64,000 nucleotides of DNA from an uncultured bacterium. GTDB taxonomy: Bacteria; Acidobacteriota; HRBIN11; JAKEFK01. The translations under genes were made by a program, and so were the position numbers. Positions within the stretch are counted from its first letter, which is position 1. Each line of letters begins with the position of its first letter. The stretch covers positions 195,775-259,774 of the forward strand of contig CAVZQN010000011.1 of NCBI GenBank assembly GCA_963777505.1, written 5' to 3'. Below are positions 28,796 through 38,392 of this stretch, one piece after another. Below the pieces are notes generated by a model, which ran no database searches, was not told the origin of the DNA, and saw nothing but the letters and a program-made list of their open reading frames with translations.

Positions 28796-29807
28796 TTGCG
28801 TCTGAGTAGCGGCACCGTATTAGAATCAATCGTAGAGACGCGCGCGGAGAGATTGCGTGATTTTTTTCGAGGTCAGAGCGGAGCGGTTCATGTTGCATTT
28901 GAAGTGGGGACGCAATCAGCCTGGCTGTACGAGATTCTAAAGTCACTGGTGAGCAGCATAACGGTTTGTGATGTTCGCAAGAATAAACGGCGAGGGAACA
29001 AGAGCGATCGCATCGACGCGCACAAGTTAGCCAGCTGGCTGCGGCTCGGCGAATTAAACAAGATCTATCAAGGGGATCGAAACACTCGCAAACTGAGGGA
29101 CTTGGCTCATGGTTATTTAGCCACAGTCAGTGATTCGATTCGGGTAATGAATCGGATTAAGGCGCTTTACCGAGGTTGGTCGATCCGCTGTGCGGGCCCA
29201 GATGTTTATTACAAACGAAATCGGCAACAGTGGCTTTCAAAACTTCCAATTGATGAAAGTAGGATGCGAGCTCTTCTCTATCTACACTCAGTTAGATTTA
29301 CTCAAAGAACAACGCAAAGAAATCAAGAAAGTATTTTTAAAGGAAGCCAGACGTTATCCAATACAAAAGATTTTGCGTGGGATTCCCGGTTTTGGTCCAA
29401 TCCGTGCAGCTTTGTGATAGCTGTCGTTGGAACTCCGCACCGTTTTCGAACCGACCGTCAGCTTTGCAGTTACAGTGGATTATCGGTTGTCATTCATTCC
29501 ACTTCTGATCATGACATCATCGGCGGCCGGATCATTCGAAAACAGCACAAGCATGCCACCCGCGGACTTACGCGGGATTATAACCGTATCTTAAAAATGG
29601 TTTTTAAGAGTGCGGCAGTGGAAGCAATCCGAAAAGATCCAATGAAAACATTGTACCGGCGAAAAATTGCCAAAGGGATTCAGCCAGATGGCACTTCTTT
29701 CGATTGCCAGAAAACTTGCAACAATCACTCTGATACTTTGGAAGCGAGGTGAAACATTTAACACAGCGAAAAAGCAAGTCGTTCGAGCGGACATCAACCG
29801 CGTCTAG
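28796..29807 (+). pseudogene. IS110-family transposase remnant (5'-truncated, several frameshifts)
   Basis: VAFE, KSDRIDA (DEDD RuvC-like), IPGFGPIRAA, YSGL and IARKL occur in different frames; first catalytic Asp motif absent. Confidence 0.85.
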
Positions 29808-29931
29808 CTCAGGCTTGCTGCTTGGACCAAGTTTCAAATGCATTTTGCTTGCGGAAAAAGTTTTTCGGTTATCATGGTCCGTGCTGGTAAAGAGTAGCAA
29901 GCAGCAAGCCTTCACTCGCCTGCGGCCGCTC
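29765..29931 (+). other. Degenerate long-family attC (attC8) retaining the promoter loop
   Basis: Close internal match to attC3; TTGCTT(29845)-19-TATCAT(29870); both core sites damaged. Confidence 0.8.
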
Positions 29932-29982
29932 TTGTGTAACTTAAAAACGCCTAACAACGGCATGCAATCGTAGGAGAGTTAT

Positions 29983-30597
29983 ATGAGGAAACTTATTGCG
30001 TCAACATTTACATCACTGGACGGTGTCATGCAGGCGCCAGGAGGACCGGAGGAAGATCCAACCGAAAACTTCACATTAGGTGGTTGGACCTTCGCTTTCG
30101 AAGACGAAGCAATGGATCTTTCTGAGGCAGGTTTCGATGGTAAAGATCGAGAGCTTTTACTCGGCCGCAAAACCTACGAAATATTCGCGGGATATTGGCC
30201 TCACCAACCAGAGGATAATCCGATTGCGAGGACATTCAACGCGGCAAAAAAACATGTGGCGTCCCGGACTTTGAAGTCATTGCAATGGAACAATTCGTCG
30301 GTACTTAGCGGTGACATCGTTTCAGCGATAACCGCGCTCAAGGCTCAGCCCGGACAAGACCTTCAAATCATTGGCAGCGGCAATCTGATTCAGACACTAC
30401 AAGCCGCAACACTCATTGACGAATACCACGTATGGACGTACCCGGTAGTTCTTGGCGGTGGAAAGCGATTGTTTGAAAATGGTGCAAGGCCATGTGCACT
30501 GCGGCTCGTGGCTTCGAAGGTTTCAAAAACTGGCGTTGTGATGAGCACCTATGTTCCAGCTGGCGATATTCGGCTTGGCACAGTTGGCGAATCCTAG
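29983..30597 (+). CDS. Dihydrofolate reductase/RibD C-terminal family protein
   Basis: TSLDGVMQAPGGPEED, LLGRKTYE, GSGNLIQTL, PVVLGGGKRLF. Confidence 0.92.
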   Translation: MRKLIASTFTSLDGVMQAPGGPEEDPTENFTLGGWTFAFEDEAMDLSEAGFDGKDRELLLGRKTYEIFAGYWPHQPEDNPIARTFNAAKKHVASRTLKSLQWNNSSVLSGDIVSAITALKAQPGQDLQIIGSGNLIQTLQAATLIDEYHVWTYPVVLGGGKRLFENGARPCALRLVASKVSKTGVVMSTYVPAGDIRLGTVGES

Positions 30598-30600
30598 CCG

Positions 30601-30725
30601 CAACACTCCGTCTCGCTCAGGTCTGCCGCTTGCATTCAACTAAAATTCGCTTGTGGCAGGGAAAACTCTAGTCCGTTAGAATTATCTATGCTGGGAACAC
30701 AAGCAAGCGACAATCGGCGTCCAAT
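30601..30725 (+). other. attC remnant (long family) with -10-like box
   Basis: CAACACTCCGTCTCGCTCAGG..CGCTTGC...TAGAAT(30677)...ATGCTGG...GCAAGCG; no core sites. Confidence 0.6.
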
Positions 30726-30767
30726 TCTGAAGGAAATTCTAGTGATGCCACCAAAGGAGTTTCTGTC

Positions 30768-31226
30768 TTGACTACATATGAAGTCTATGCCGTTTTTTTC
30801 GCTATTCTGCAGCTCCTCATTTCGGGCCTCGGATTCATTGTTATCGCTTGGACGCTCCGTGTTCTCGTTCGATCAATCGATGCACAGTCGAGTTCCGGAG
30901 TAGCAGTACGGCAATTGGAGTTCGACAAGGTCGTTCTTACTTATCCTTGTCTCTACAAGTACTTCTACCAGGGGCAGGACATCAGCTCCGACGACCCTGA
31001 GTATCCTCGCGCTATGGCTGCGACCCAACTTCTTGCCAACTACTTCGATGGTTACTTCCAGCAACAAGGCAAGTACCGACAGATGTGGCCGGACAAGAAG
31101 TGGAAAAGCTACATCCAAGATCACGTCGCAAAGAGCCCGGTGTTACGTCGCTACATAATTGAGAACAATACCTGGTTCTCTTCTGAATTCGTGCAGATGT
31201 GCCAGTCAGTTGGACTACAGCGATGA
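30768..31226 (+). CDS. Hypothetical protein with N-terminal TM helix (cassette-like)
   Basis: AAGGAG SD before TTG start; lies between attC remnants. Confidence 0.7.
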   Translation: MTTYEVYAVFFAILQLLISGLGFIVIAWTLRVLVRSIDAQSSSGVAVRQLEFDKVVLTYPCLYKYFYQGQDISSDDPEYPRAMAATQLLANYFDGYFQQQGKYRQMWPDKKWKSYIQDHVAKSPVLRRYIIENNTWFSSEFVQMCQSVGLQR

Positions 31227-31269
31227 TGATTCAGAAACCTTTTAGCAACTTCCTAGACAAGTGTGATCC

Positions 31270-31378
31270 TCTTCAGTCGCTTGCATCGCATCATGCATTT
31301 TGAAAAAGAAAACATAAATCGGCTATCATCATTGTGCTAGGTGAAGCTCAGTAAATCTAATCGGCGAAGCTGAATTTC
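31270..31378 (+). promoter_or_regulatory. attC remnant reduced to the promoter loop
   Basis: 33 nt (31298-31330) identical to attC2 25850-25882; TTGAAA-18-TATCAT. Confidence 0.75.
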
Positions 31379-31395
31379 TAAAGGAGTCATAAAAA

Positions 31396-31845
31396 ATGGC
31401 AGAGGTCAAAACTAAGCTCAACAAAGCCAGCGTCACAAAATTTCTCGATAGTGTCGCGGACGAAGTTAAACGCAAAGATTCATACACGATTTTAGACTTG
31501 ATGAAAAAAATAACCAAAGCCGAACCGAAAATGTGGGGTAGCAGTATTGTCGGTTTCGGGTCTTACCATTACCTGGGTAAAAGTGGACGTGAAGGCGATT
31601 GGCCTGTCGCAGGTTTTTCGCCGCGTAAACAAAACCTTACCTTATATATATTAGGTGGTTGGGAACAAAATGCAGAGTTGCTCGATAAATTGGGCAAGCA
31701 CTCGTTGGGCAAAGGCTGTTTATACATCAATCGCTTGAAAGATCTGCAAATGCCGGTATTGAAAAGATTGATTACCGAATCCTTCAAGCAAGCGAAAAAA
31801 CTAGCTCAAGCAGAGGCAAAGAAACAAGCAAAGCAGAAAAAATAG
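31396..31845 (+). CDS. DUF1801 domain protein
   Basis: PKMWGSSIVGFGSYHY, GFSPRKQNLTLY, LGKHSLGKGCLYI. Confidence 0.9.
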   Translation: MAEVKTKLNKASVTKFLDSVADEVKRKDSYTILDLMKKITKAEPKMWGSSIVGFGSYHYLGKSGREGDWPVAGFSPRKQNLTLYILGGWEQNAELLDKLGKHSLGKGCLYINRLKDLQMPVLKRLITESFKQAKKLAQAEAKKQAKQKK

Positions 31846-31896
31846 ACGTGATGCGGAAAATGATTTTTCAAACCGGAGCTCTCAATTATCAAAAAA

Positions 31897-32604
31897 ATGC
31901 CGAATAAACCTCTCCACATCGGAATCGTTGCCTGCTCCGCTGAAGGAGCAGCATTGTGCTACAGAACCATTTGCACAGAAGGTGCACACTTACTTGGGCA
32001 ACACGCACATCCAGAAGTTTCAATGCACACGCACTCTTTTTCTGACTACGTAGCCAGCATTGACCGTGATGATTGGAAAGGGGTCGGCGATCTGATGCTT
32101 TCCTCCGCGAATAAACTAGCTAATATGGGCGCAGATTTTCTGATTTGTCCTGATAACACGATCCATCAGTCCTTATCCTATATAAAGGATGCCTTGCCAC
32201 TTCCATGGTTGCACATAGCGCATGTTGTTGCCGCGCGAGCAAAGGAGCTTGGTTACCAACGACTTGGTCTTACTGGAACACGATGGCTTGTTGAGAGTGA
32301 TGTCTATCCAACCGTCCTGGAACAGAACAAACTGTCTTATGTTCGGCCGAGTAAGGAAGAACGTGACGAAATCAATCGCATCATCATGGATGAATTGGTT
32401 CCAGGAATATTTAAACAAGAAGCGGTAGAGTATTTTCAAAATGTAATGATGCGACTGAAGGACCAGGCTTGTGATGCAGTCGTTCTGGGATGTACCGAAA
32501 TTCCCATAATTATGAATGACACGAATTCACCTCTTCCAACCCTCGACTCAACACGACTGCTGGCGCGAGCCGCACTTCAACGGGCCATTGCAGGAAAGAC
32601 TTGA
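31897..32604 (+). CDS. Aspartate/glutamate racemase family protein
   Basis: ICPDNTIH, VLGCTEIP, LDSTRLLA. Confidence 0.9.
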   Translation: MPNKPLHIGIVACSAEGAALCYRTICTEGAHLLGQHAHPEVSMHTHSFSDYVASIDRDDWKGVGDLMLSSANKLANMGADFLICPDNTIHQSLSYIKDALPLPWLHIAHVVAARAKELGYQRLGLTGTRWLVESDVYPTVLEQNKLSYVRPSKEERDEINRIIMDELVPGIFKQEAVEYFQNVMMRLKDQACDAVVLGCTEIPIIMNDTNSPLPTLDSTRLLARAALQRAIAGKT

Positions 32605-32682
32605 AACCATCATGCTGATTTATGCGTGATGCGCGATATTAGTATTGTTCTTTAATCATTTCAATGTGATAATGCACGGTTC

Positions 32683-35600
32683 ATGATCGGTAATCGTCTC
32701 GCCAATCGCTACGAAATTATCAAAGAGTTAGGCCGCGGGGGCATGGGGGTTGTATACCTTGCCCACGATCCAGTTTTGGATCGCAATGTTGCCATCAAAG
32801 TAGTCATGCCGGATGTCGTAAGTCCGGAAAGTGCTGAACGCTTTAAGCGAGAAGCACGTGTGGTGGCAAAAATGGATCATCCTTCCATAGTTAGTGTTCA
32901 TGACAGCGGTGAACACGAAGGCTCCCTTTTCTTTGTAATGCCTTTTGTAGAAGGTGCAAATCTTCGTTCGATGCTGAAAAATGAAAGTTTAAGTCTCGGT
33001 GATTTGATTGAAGTTGCAGTTCAGATTGCCGATGCGCTTGAATACAGCCATTCGCGCGGTGTTGTGCATCGTGACATCAAACCTGAAAATTTGATGGTTA
33101 CACATAAGGAAGGGGAGGGAATTCGAGTCCGTGTTACTGATTTTGGTCTCGCAATGGCGCCAGCTCAAGAGCGGATCACAAAGACAGCAACGATTGTTGG
33201 AACTCTTGCATACATGAGTCCCGAACAGGTTGCGGGAAAAGAAATTGATTCGCGCTCTGATATTTATGCATTCGGTACCGTCTTATATGAATGTCTGGTT
33301 GGTGAACCTCCTTTTGCAGGTGAGGTTCAGGTTCTTCTTTATAGAATCGCGCATGAAATTCCAGCACCTCCTCATACATTGCAACGTGACGTTGATGTGG
33401 AAATTGAAGATGTAATTTTACGAGCTCTAGAAAAAGATCCTGCCAGAAGACCAACGGGTAAAGAAATTGCGGAAAGACTGACTACGTATCGCAGAAAGCT
33501 CCTGACCAGCGGCCGCAATCGTGCAATGCTTCCTTCTTCAATGACGCTCAGTTTTCAAATGCCGCGTCCGTCGATGCGTCCTTTTGTTGGACGCGAAAAG
33601 GAATTTGCAGATTTACAGAAACGGCTCAATGCTGCTATTTTGGGCGAATGCCAATTCGTTCTTGTTTCGGGTGAAGCTGGAATTGGGAAAAGCAGGCTGG
33701 TTGAAGAATTAGAAAATCTCTCGCGTGTTCGTTCGATTCCGGTTTATCATGGCCGTTTTGTGGAAGTCAGTCATCCTTTGCCGTATCAAGGATTTGGCGA
33801 AGTCATCCAGGAATATTTCCGTACGAAACCCTCTTCTGTTACTCCAGTTGATTTTTCGGATCTTGCATCCGAATTGATCGCGCTCTTTCCTGTGCTCGCA
33901 GAAGTTAAAGAACTGTCTACGCATTCGGAAGAGACAGCAAAAACAATCCAGGAAGCCGGCGCGCGAAAATTTGAAGATCGCACTTATATATTTGAATTAC
34001 TTGCGCGAACCATTACACGGATTGCCGGCGGAAAACCGATTGTCCTTTTATTCGAAGACCTCCACGCTGCAAATGTGTCGATCGAAGCTCTTGATTACAT
34101 CGTAAGAAGACTCGGTCCAACATCGACGCTCATTGTCGGAACTTATCGCACTACCGAAGTTGATAAACGTCATCCACTGATGAATTTGCTCAGTGGTTTT
34201 AAAGGGGATAAACGTTTCACTCAACTTCAACTCGCTCCTTTGTCTCCATCAGGGCATCGCGAATTCTTGGAATTACTGATGGGCGGATCAAAACTCGGCG
34301 ATGATCTCGTCCAAAAATTTTATGATGCAACGGAAGGCAACCCGTACTTTACTTCTGAACTTGTACGATCGTTGATCGATTCCGGAGGCATTGTTCGTGA
34401 TGATACAGGCTCATACAAACTTTCAAGCGAGACAGCTCTTTCAGTTGAAGAACTTCCGGTAACGATTCAGCAAACTGTGGAAGAAAGGATTGAAAGACTT
34501 CCGAAGGATCTTCGTGAAGTTCTTTCAGTGGCATCCGTTCTGGGAAAGAATTTTGAGTATCGTGATCTTGAAAGGCTTCTTCCTGAAGAAGAGAATCCTG
34601 AACCCGCTGTTGAGCAGTTAATTCGTGAAAGTTTTATTGAAGAAGACCGCCAATCGCGTTCTGACCGTTTGACGTTTTCCAGCGGAGTTTTGCGCGACGT
34701 TTTGTATTCTTCACTTCCAAGACGAAGACGGCGTGCGCTTCATAAAAAGCATGCGGAAGAAATTGAAAAAAGAAATTCGGGGCGGCTGGAGCGTGTGTAT
34801 CCTCAATTGTTTGAACATAATGTTCAGGGGGATGTTCCGGAAAAAGTCGTTGAATACGGCTTTTTGCTCGCAAAGAAATCACTCGAGGCATTCAGTCCGA
34901 CCGATGCCATAACAGTTCTGCAAACCGTTCTGGACTTTCTGGAAGAAGAAGGCGGAAATCGATCGGCGGAAGTTGAAGCAAAGAGTTTGCTGGCATCAGC
35001 TCATCAGATGATGGGAAATGTCGATGTGGCCTTAGAAGAGATGCAGTCTGCTATCCAAATTCTGGAAAAGGTAAAAGATGTATCGGGTCTTGTGGTTGCT
35101 GTTCTTACAGCTGCTGAAATTGCATGGCAAGGAAGAAAAGTTAATGAAACCAGGAAATGGGTGGAGAAGGGTCTTGACCTTGCTTCAATGGAAAAAGATT
35201 CGGGTAGTGTAACGCGTCTCCTTTCCATGGCAGCAACGATTGCGAATCTACGGGGCGAATACGATAAAGCTCGCGAATATTTGAGTGAAGCAGAGCGATA
35301 TACTCCTGCACAAGAAGCACAGGAAGAAGTTACACAAGGCGGTAGATTGATTGTTGCCGTTACAAATCCTTGTAAAGCACGTCATCCTGCGAATGCATTT
35401 TTTAACGAAGAAACCGAAACTCTTTCAAACGTTTATGAAACGTTGGTTACAACGAACGCTCATGGAAACTTGATTCCACATTTGTGTGAACGTTGGGAAG
35501 CATTGGAAAATGGAGCTGTTTTTCAATTTACAATTCGCAGTGATGTGCGGCTGCACAATGGAAAAAAATTAACAGCCCAGGATGTAAAAGAGTCGTTTTC

Positions 35601-38310
35601 GCATGCAATCAAAACTCCATCGGAGGCCTTGATTCCTGCCTTTGCAACGATTCGTGGTGCATCTGAATATCGTAATGGAACAGCATCCGAGTTGGTTGGG
35701 ATTTCCGGGCTTTCCGATAACCTGATTCAGATCGAATTATTAAATCCGCTTCCAATTTATCCAGCTTTGCTGACTGATATTCGTTCTGCAATCGCTGTAA
35801 AAACTGAAGGCAAAACACAGGATGAAGATATTTTTCTAGGCACCGGACAGTTCGAAATTGAAGCATTCAAAAATGATGCAATCGTATTGAATAAAAATCG
35901 AAACTATTGGAAGGGGAGTGCGCCTCATATAGATTCCCTTGAGATTCGAACAGCCCTAAGCTCGGCAGAAGTGGCTCAGGGTTTCCGTTCCGGGAAATTC
36001 GATCTTGTGCGCGATCTTCTGCCTCAGGATCTTGAAGAAATACTTCGCGATAGACAGTTGAGAGCTGCCCTTGTTGAGGCGCCCAAGAAAAATACATATT
36101 TCGTCGTTTTTAATTCGTTCAGTGAAATTGGCAAAAATCTGAATGTACGCCGCGCACTCGCAGGCGTAATTCGCGCGCGCGATCTTGTCCGAAGCACTCT
36201 CGGCCGTTTCGCTGAACCAGCCGAAGGAATTTTACCGCCAGGAATTTTAGGCCATGATCCAGGCCGAAGATCTCAACCGATTGGTGCGGAGAAAGCTGCT
36301 GAATTAATTCAATCTTGTGGTCTGACACCTCCAATCCGCATTAAAGCCGCAGTTCATCCCATCATTCAAGATCGTTATGCATCATTCCTTAAGGATCTAT
36401 TGCGAAGCTGGTCGCAACTTGGAATAGAAACGACGAACACGACTCTTGATATGGAGTCGTATAACAAGGCTTTTTCGACAAACGAAGGAATTGATGTGCT
36501 AATCGGAAGATGGATCGCAGACTACGATGATCCTGATGCCTTTACATATGGACTCTTTCATTCAGAATTCGGAGAACTACGCGCGTATCATTGCTCAAAA
36601 GATCTGGATGATCTGATGTCGGAAGCAAGAAGCAAAAGTGAACCTCCTGACCGGGAAAGGATTTATCGGAAGATTGAGAGTGTTTTTCATGATACGGCCG
36701 CACTACAACCACTCTTTCATGAAATCGATTATAGAGTTGCAAGTCCGAAGATACGAAGACTGACACTTCGTAGCAGTCCACCTTACGTGAACTATTCAGA
36801 ACTTTCAAAAACAGAAATGGTTTTTGAACCAGTAGTTCGAAAAACTCATGGAGGTACGTTACGAATACCGTCCATTGCGGAGTTGAAGACTTTTAATCCG
36901 GCGAGTATGGTGACTGGCAGCGAATCCAGTTTGTTTTCTACAGTATTCGAAACACTGACACAAGCTGCCGAAGGAGCCAGAATCGTACCCTGGCTTGCTT
37001 CATCTTTCCAGGCTGAAGATGGTGCAAAGAGATTCCGTTTTCATCTGCGTAGTGATGTGAGATTTCACAACGGCCGGAGACTTACGGCAAGAGATGTGCG
37101 ATATTCCTTTGAGCATCTTCTCCTGACAGCCGGAAGCGCCTATCGTTCACTTCTTTCTCCTATTCGCGGGGCACGCGAAATGTTGGACGGTCAAACGAAG
37201 GAATTGAAAGGATTCCGGATTCTTTCTGCATCGGAGTTTATCGTCGATTTGGAAGAGCCAATTCCTTTCTTTCCTGCACTCCTTGCATTTGGAGTCGCCT
37301 CAATTATTCCTGAAGGCACGGAGCAATTTTTAGGAAGTTGGAGAGAAGGTTGTGTTGGAACGGGTCCACATCGAGTCACCTCATTTGAACCGGGACGTAC
37401 ATTAAAAGTTGAAGCAAACCCGAACTACTGGAGAAGCGGTCTTCCAAAAAGTGATGCATTAGAATTCACAATGGGAACATCTCCGAAAGATGTTTTGGAA
37501 GGTTTTAAGAGCGGAGAATTTTCAGTTGCGACAGATCTTCATCCTAGCGATGCAGAAGCTTTGCTGCACAGTTCCAGTATGGATGTGAAATATCAAGATA
37601 TCCCAAGTCTTTCGACATATTATATTGTGTTCAATACACGGCGTACTCCCTTTTCCGATGAATCCATGCGACGTCGTTTCACGGAGGCATTGGAAGTAGA
37701 TCCCTTGATCCGCCGTACTTTGGGCCGGCTTGCAGTACCAGCAATGAGTTTGACGCCTCCCGCTCTTCTTGGACATCAACCGACCCGTAGAGCTGTAACA
37801 TCCTCTCACCCCAAGAAGAATCAACCTCCAATTGAAGTAACAGCAATGGTTCATTCTATTTTTGAAGGACAATATGGATCCTTGAAGAATGAAATTTTTA
37901 GAATTCTTAGTGAAGCCGGATTTACCCTGAATCTTCTTGAAACAAAAGCAGAATATTATGAGCCAGTTGGAATTCCATCAACAGATGTGATTCTTACAAG
38001 ATGGCTTGCGGATTATCCGGACGCCGATACATTTTTTTATGGATTGCTTCATTCTGAAAAAGGATGGGAAGGAAAATTTTGCGGTGGACCTGAATTGGAT
38101 AGCCTTATTGATGGTGCACGAAGGGAATCTGATTCTAAAAAAAGGCACTCTTTGTTCAGGCAGATTGAAGAATTACTTCAACAGCGGGCTCTATTGCTCC
38201 CGTTATTTCATGAACAGACTTATTGCTTTACACGTCCCGAAGTAGAAGGTCTGGAATTGAGTTTCTTCTCACCATATATCTACTGGGAAAAACTCTGGAT
38301 CCGACAATAA
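32683..38310 (+). CDS. Ser/Thr kinase + AAA_16/STAND ATPase + helical repeats + two family-5 solute-binding domains
   Basis: GRGGMG, HRDIKPEN, DFG; GEAGIGKS (aa 330) and LLFEDLH; SBP5-like repeats from about aa 886 and 1390 (YETL/FETL, VRLHNG/VRFHNG, GTG, WIADY/WLADY). Confidence 0.9.
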   Translation: MIGNRLANRYEIIKELGRGGMGVVYLAHDPVLDRNVAIKVVMPDVVSPESAERFKREARVVAKMDHPSIVSVHDSGEHEGSLFFVMPFVEGANLRSMLKNESLSLGDLIEVAVQIADALEYSHSRGVVHRDIKPENLMVTHKEGEGIRVRVTDFGLAMAPAQERITKTATIVGTLAYMSPEQVAGKEIDSRSDIYAFGTVLYECLVGEPPFAGEVQVLLYRIAHEIPAPPHTLQRDVDVEIEDVILRALEKDPARRPTGKEIAERLTTYRRKLLTSGRNRAMLPSSMTLSFQMPRPSMRPFVGREKEFADLQKRLNAAILGECQFVLVSGEAGIGKSRLVEELENLSRVRSIPVYHGRFVEVSHPLPYQGFGEVIQEYFRTKPSSVTPVDFSDLASELIALFPVLAEVKELSTHSEETAKTIQEAGARKFEDRTYIFELLARTITRIAGGKPIVLLFEDLHAANVSIEALDYIVRRLGPTSTLIVGTYRTTEVDKRHPLMNLLSGFKGDKRFTQLQLAPLSPSGHREFLELLMGGSKLGDDLVQKFYDATEGNPYFTSELVRSLIDSGGIVRDDTGSYKLSSETALSVEELPVTIQQTVEERIERLPKDLREVLSVASVLGKNFEYRDLERLLPEEENPEPAVEQLIRESFIEEDRQSRSDRLTFSSGVLRDVLYSSLPRRRRRALHKKHAEEIEKRNSGRLERVYPQLFEHNVQGDVPEKVVEYGFLLAKKSLEAFSPTDAITVLQTVLDFLEEEGGNRSAEVEAKSLLASAHQMMGNVDVALEEMQSAIQILEKVKDVSGLVVAVLTAAEIAWQGRKVNETRKWVEKGLDLASMEKDSGSVTRLLSMAATIANLRGEYDKAREYLSEAERYTPAQEAQEEVTQGGRLIVAVTNPCKARHPANAFFNEETETLSNVYETLVTTNAHGNLIPHLCERWEALENGAVFQFTIRSDVRLHNGKKLTAQDVKESFSHAIKTPSEALIPAFATIRGASEYRNGTASELVGISGLSDNLIQIELLNPLPIYPALLTDIRSAIAVKTEGKTQDEDIFLGTGQFEIEAFKNDAIVLNKNRNYWKGSAPHIDSLEIRTALSSAEVAQGFRSGKFDLVRDLLPQDLEEILRDRQLRAALVEAPKKNTYFVVFNSFSEIGKNLNVRRALAGVIRARDLVRSTLGRFAEPAEGILPPGILGHDPGRRSQPIGAEKAAELIQSCGLTPPIRIKAAVHPIIQDRYASFLKDLLRSWSQLGIETTNTTLDMESYNKAFSTNEGIDVLIGRWIADYDDPDAFTYGLFHSEFGELRAYHCSKDLDDLMSEARSKSEPPDRERIYRKIESVFHDTAALQPLFHEIDYRVASPKIRRLTLRSSPPYVNYSELSKTEMVFEPVVRKTHGGTLRIPSIAELKTFNPASMVTGSESSLFSTVFETLTQAAEGARIVPWLASSFQAEDGAKRFRFHLRSDVRFHNGRRLTARDVRYSFEHLLLTAGSAYRSLLSPIRGAREMLDGQTKELKGFRILSASEFIVDLEEPIPFFPALLAFGVASIIPEGTEQFLGSWREGCVGTGPHRVTSFEPGRTLKVEANPNYWRSGLPKSDALEFTMGTSPKDVLEGFKSGEFSVATDLHPSDAEALLHSSSMDVKYQDIPSLSTYYIVFNTRRTPFSDESMRRRFTEALEVDPLIRRTLGRLAVPAMSLTPPALLGHQPTRRAVTSSHPKKNQPPIEVTAMVHSIFEGQYGSLKNEIFRILSEAGFTLNLLETKAEYYEPVGIPSTDVILTRWLADYPDADTFFYGLLHSEKGWEGKFCGGPELDSLIDGARRESDSKKRHSLFRQIEELLQQRALLLPLFHEQTYCFTRPEVEGLELSFFSPYIYWEKLWIRQ

Positions 38311-38386
38311 AAGATGAAAGATGAACGATGAAATATGAAAGAAGCTCCTAGAGCTCCCTTTCATCGTTCATCTTTCCTCTTTCATC
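38311..38386. repeat. Inverted heptamer arrays (GATGAAA)x4 ... (TTTCATC)x4
   Basis: Directly visible; could form a long imperfect hairpin. Confidence 0.85.
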
Positions 38387-38392
38387 ATACTT

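Larger units (their letters stand above)
24846..32604 (+). mobile_element. Integron gene-cassette array (7 bounded cassettes, IS110 remnant, eroded tail)
   Basis: Co-oriented short ORFs separated by attC hairpins; each cassette start is complementary to its own end. Confidence 0.9.

Noticed and set aside
29983-30597. dfr trimethoprim-resistance cassette
   Set aside because: Sequence fits the RibD C-terminal-like family, not DfrA or DfrB
24846-31380. Repeats in the array as a CRISPR locus
   Set aside because: Repeats are long imperfect hairpins separated by whole genes, with no cas genes; they fit attC sites
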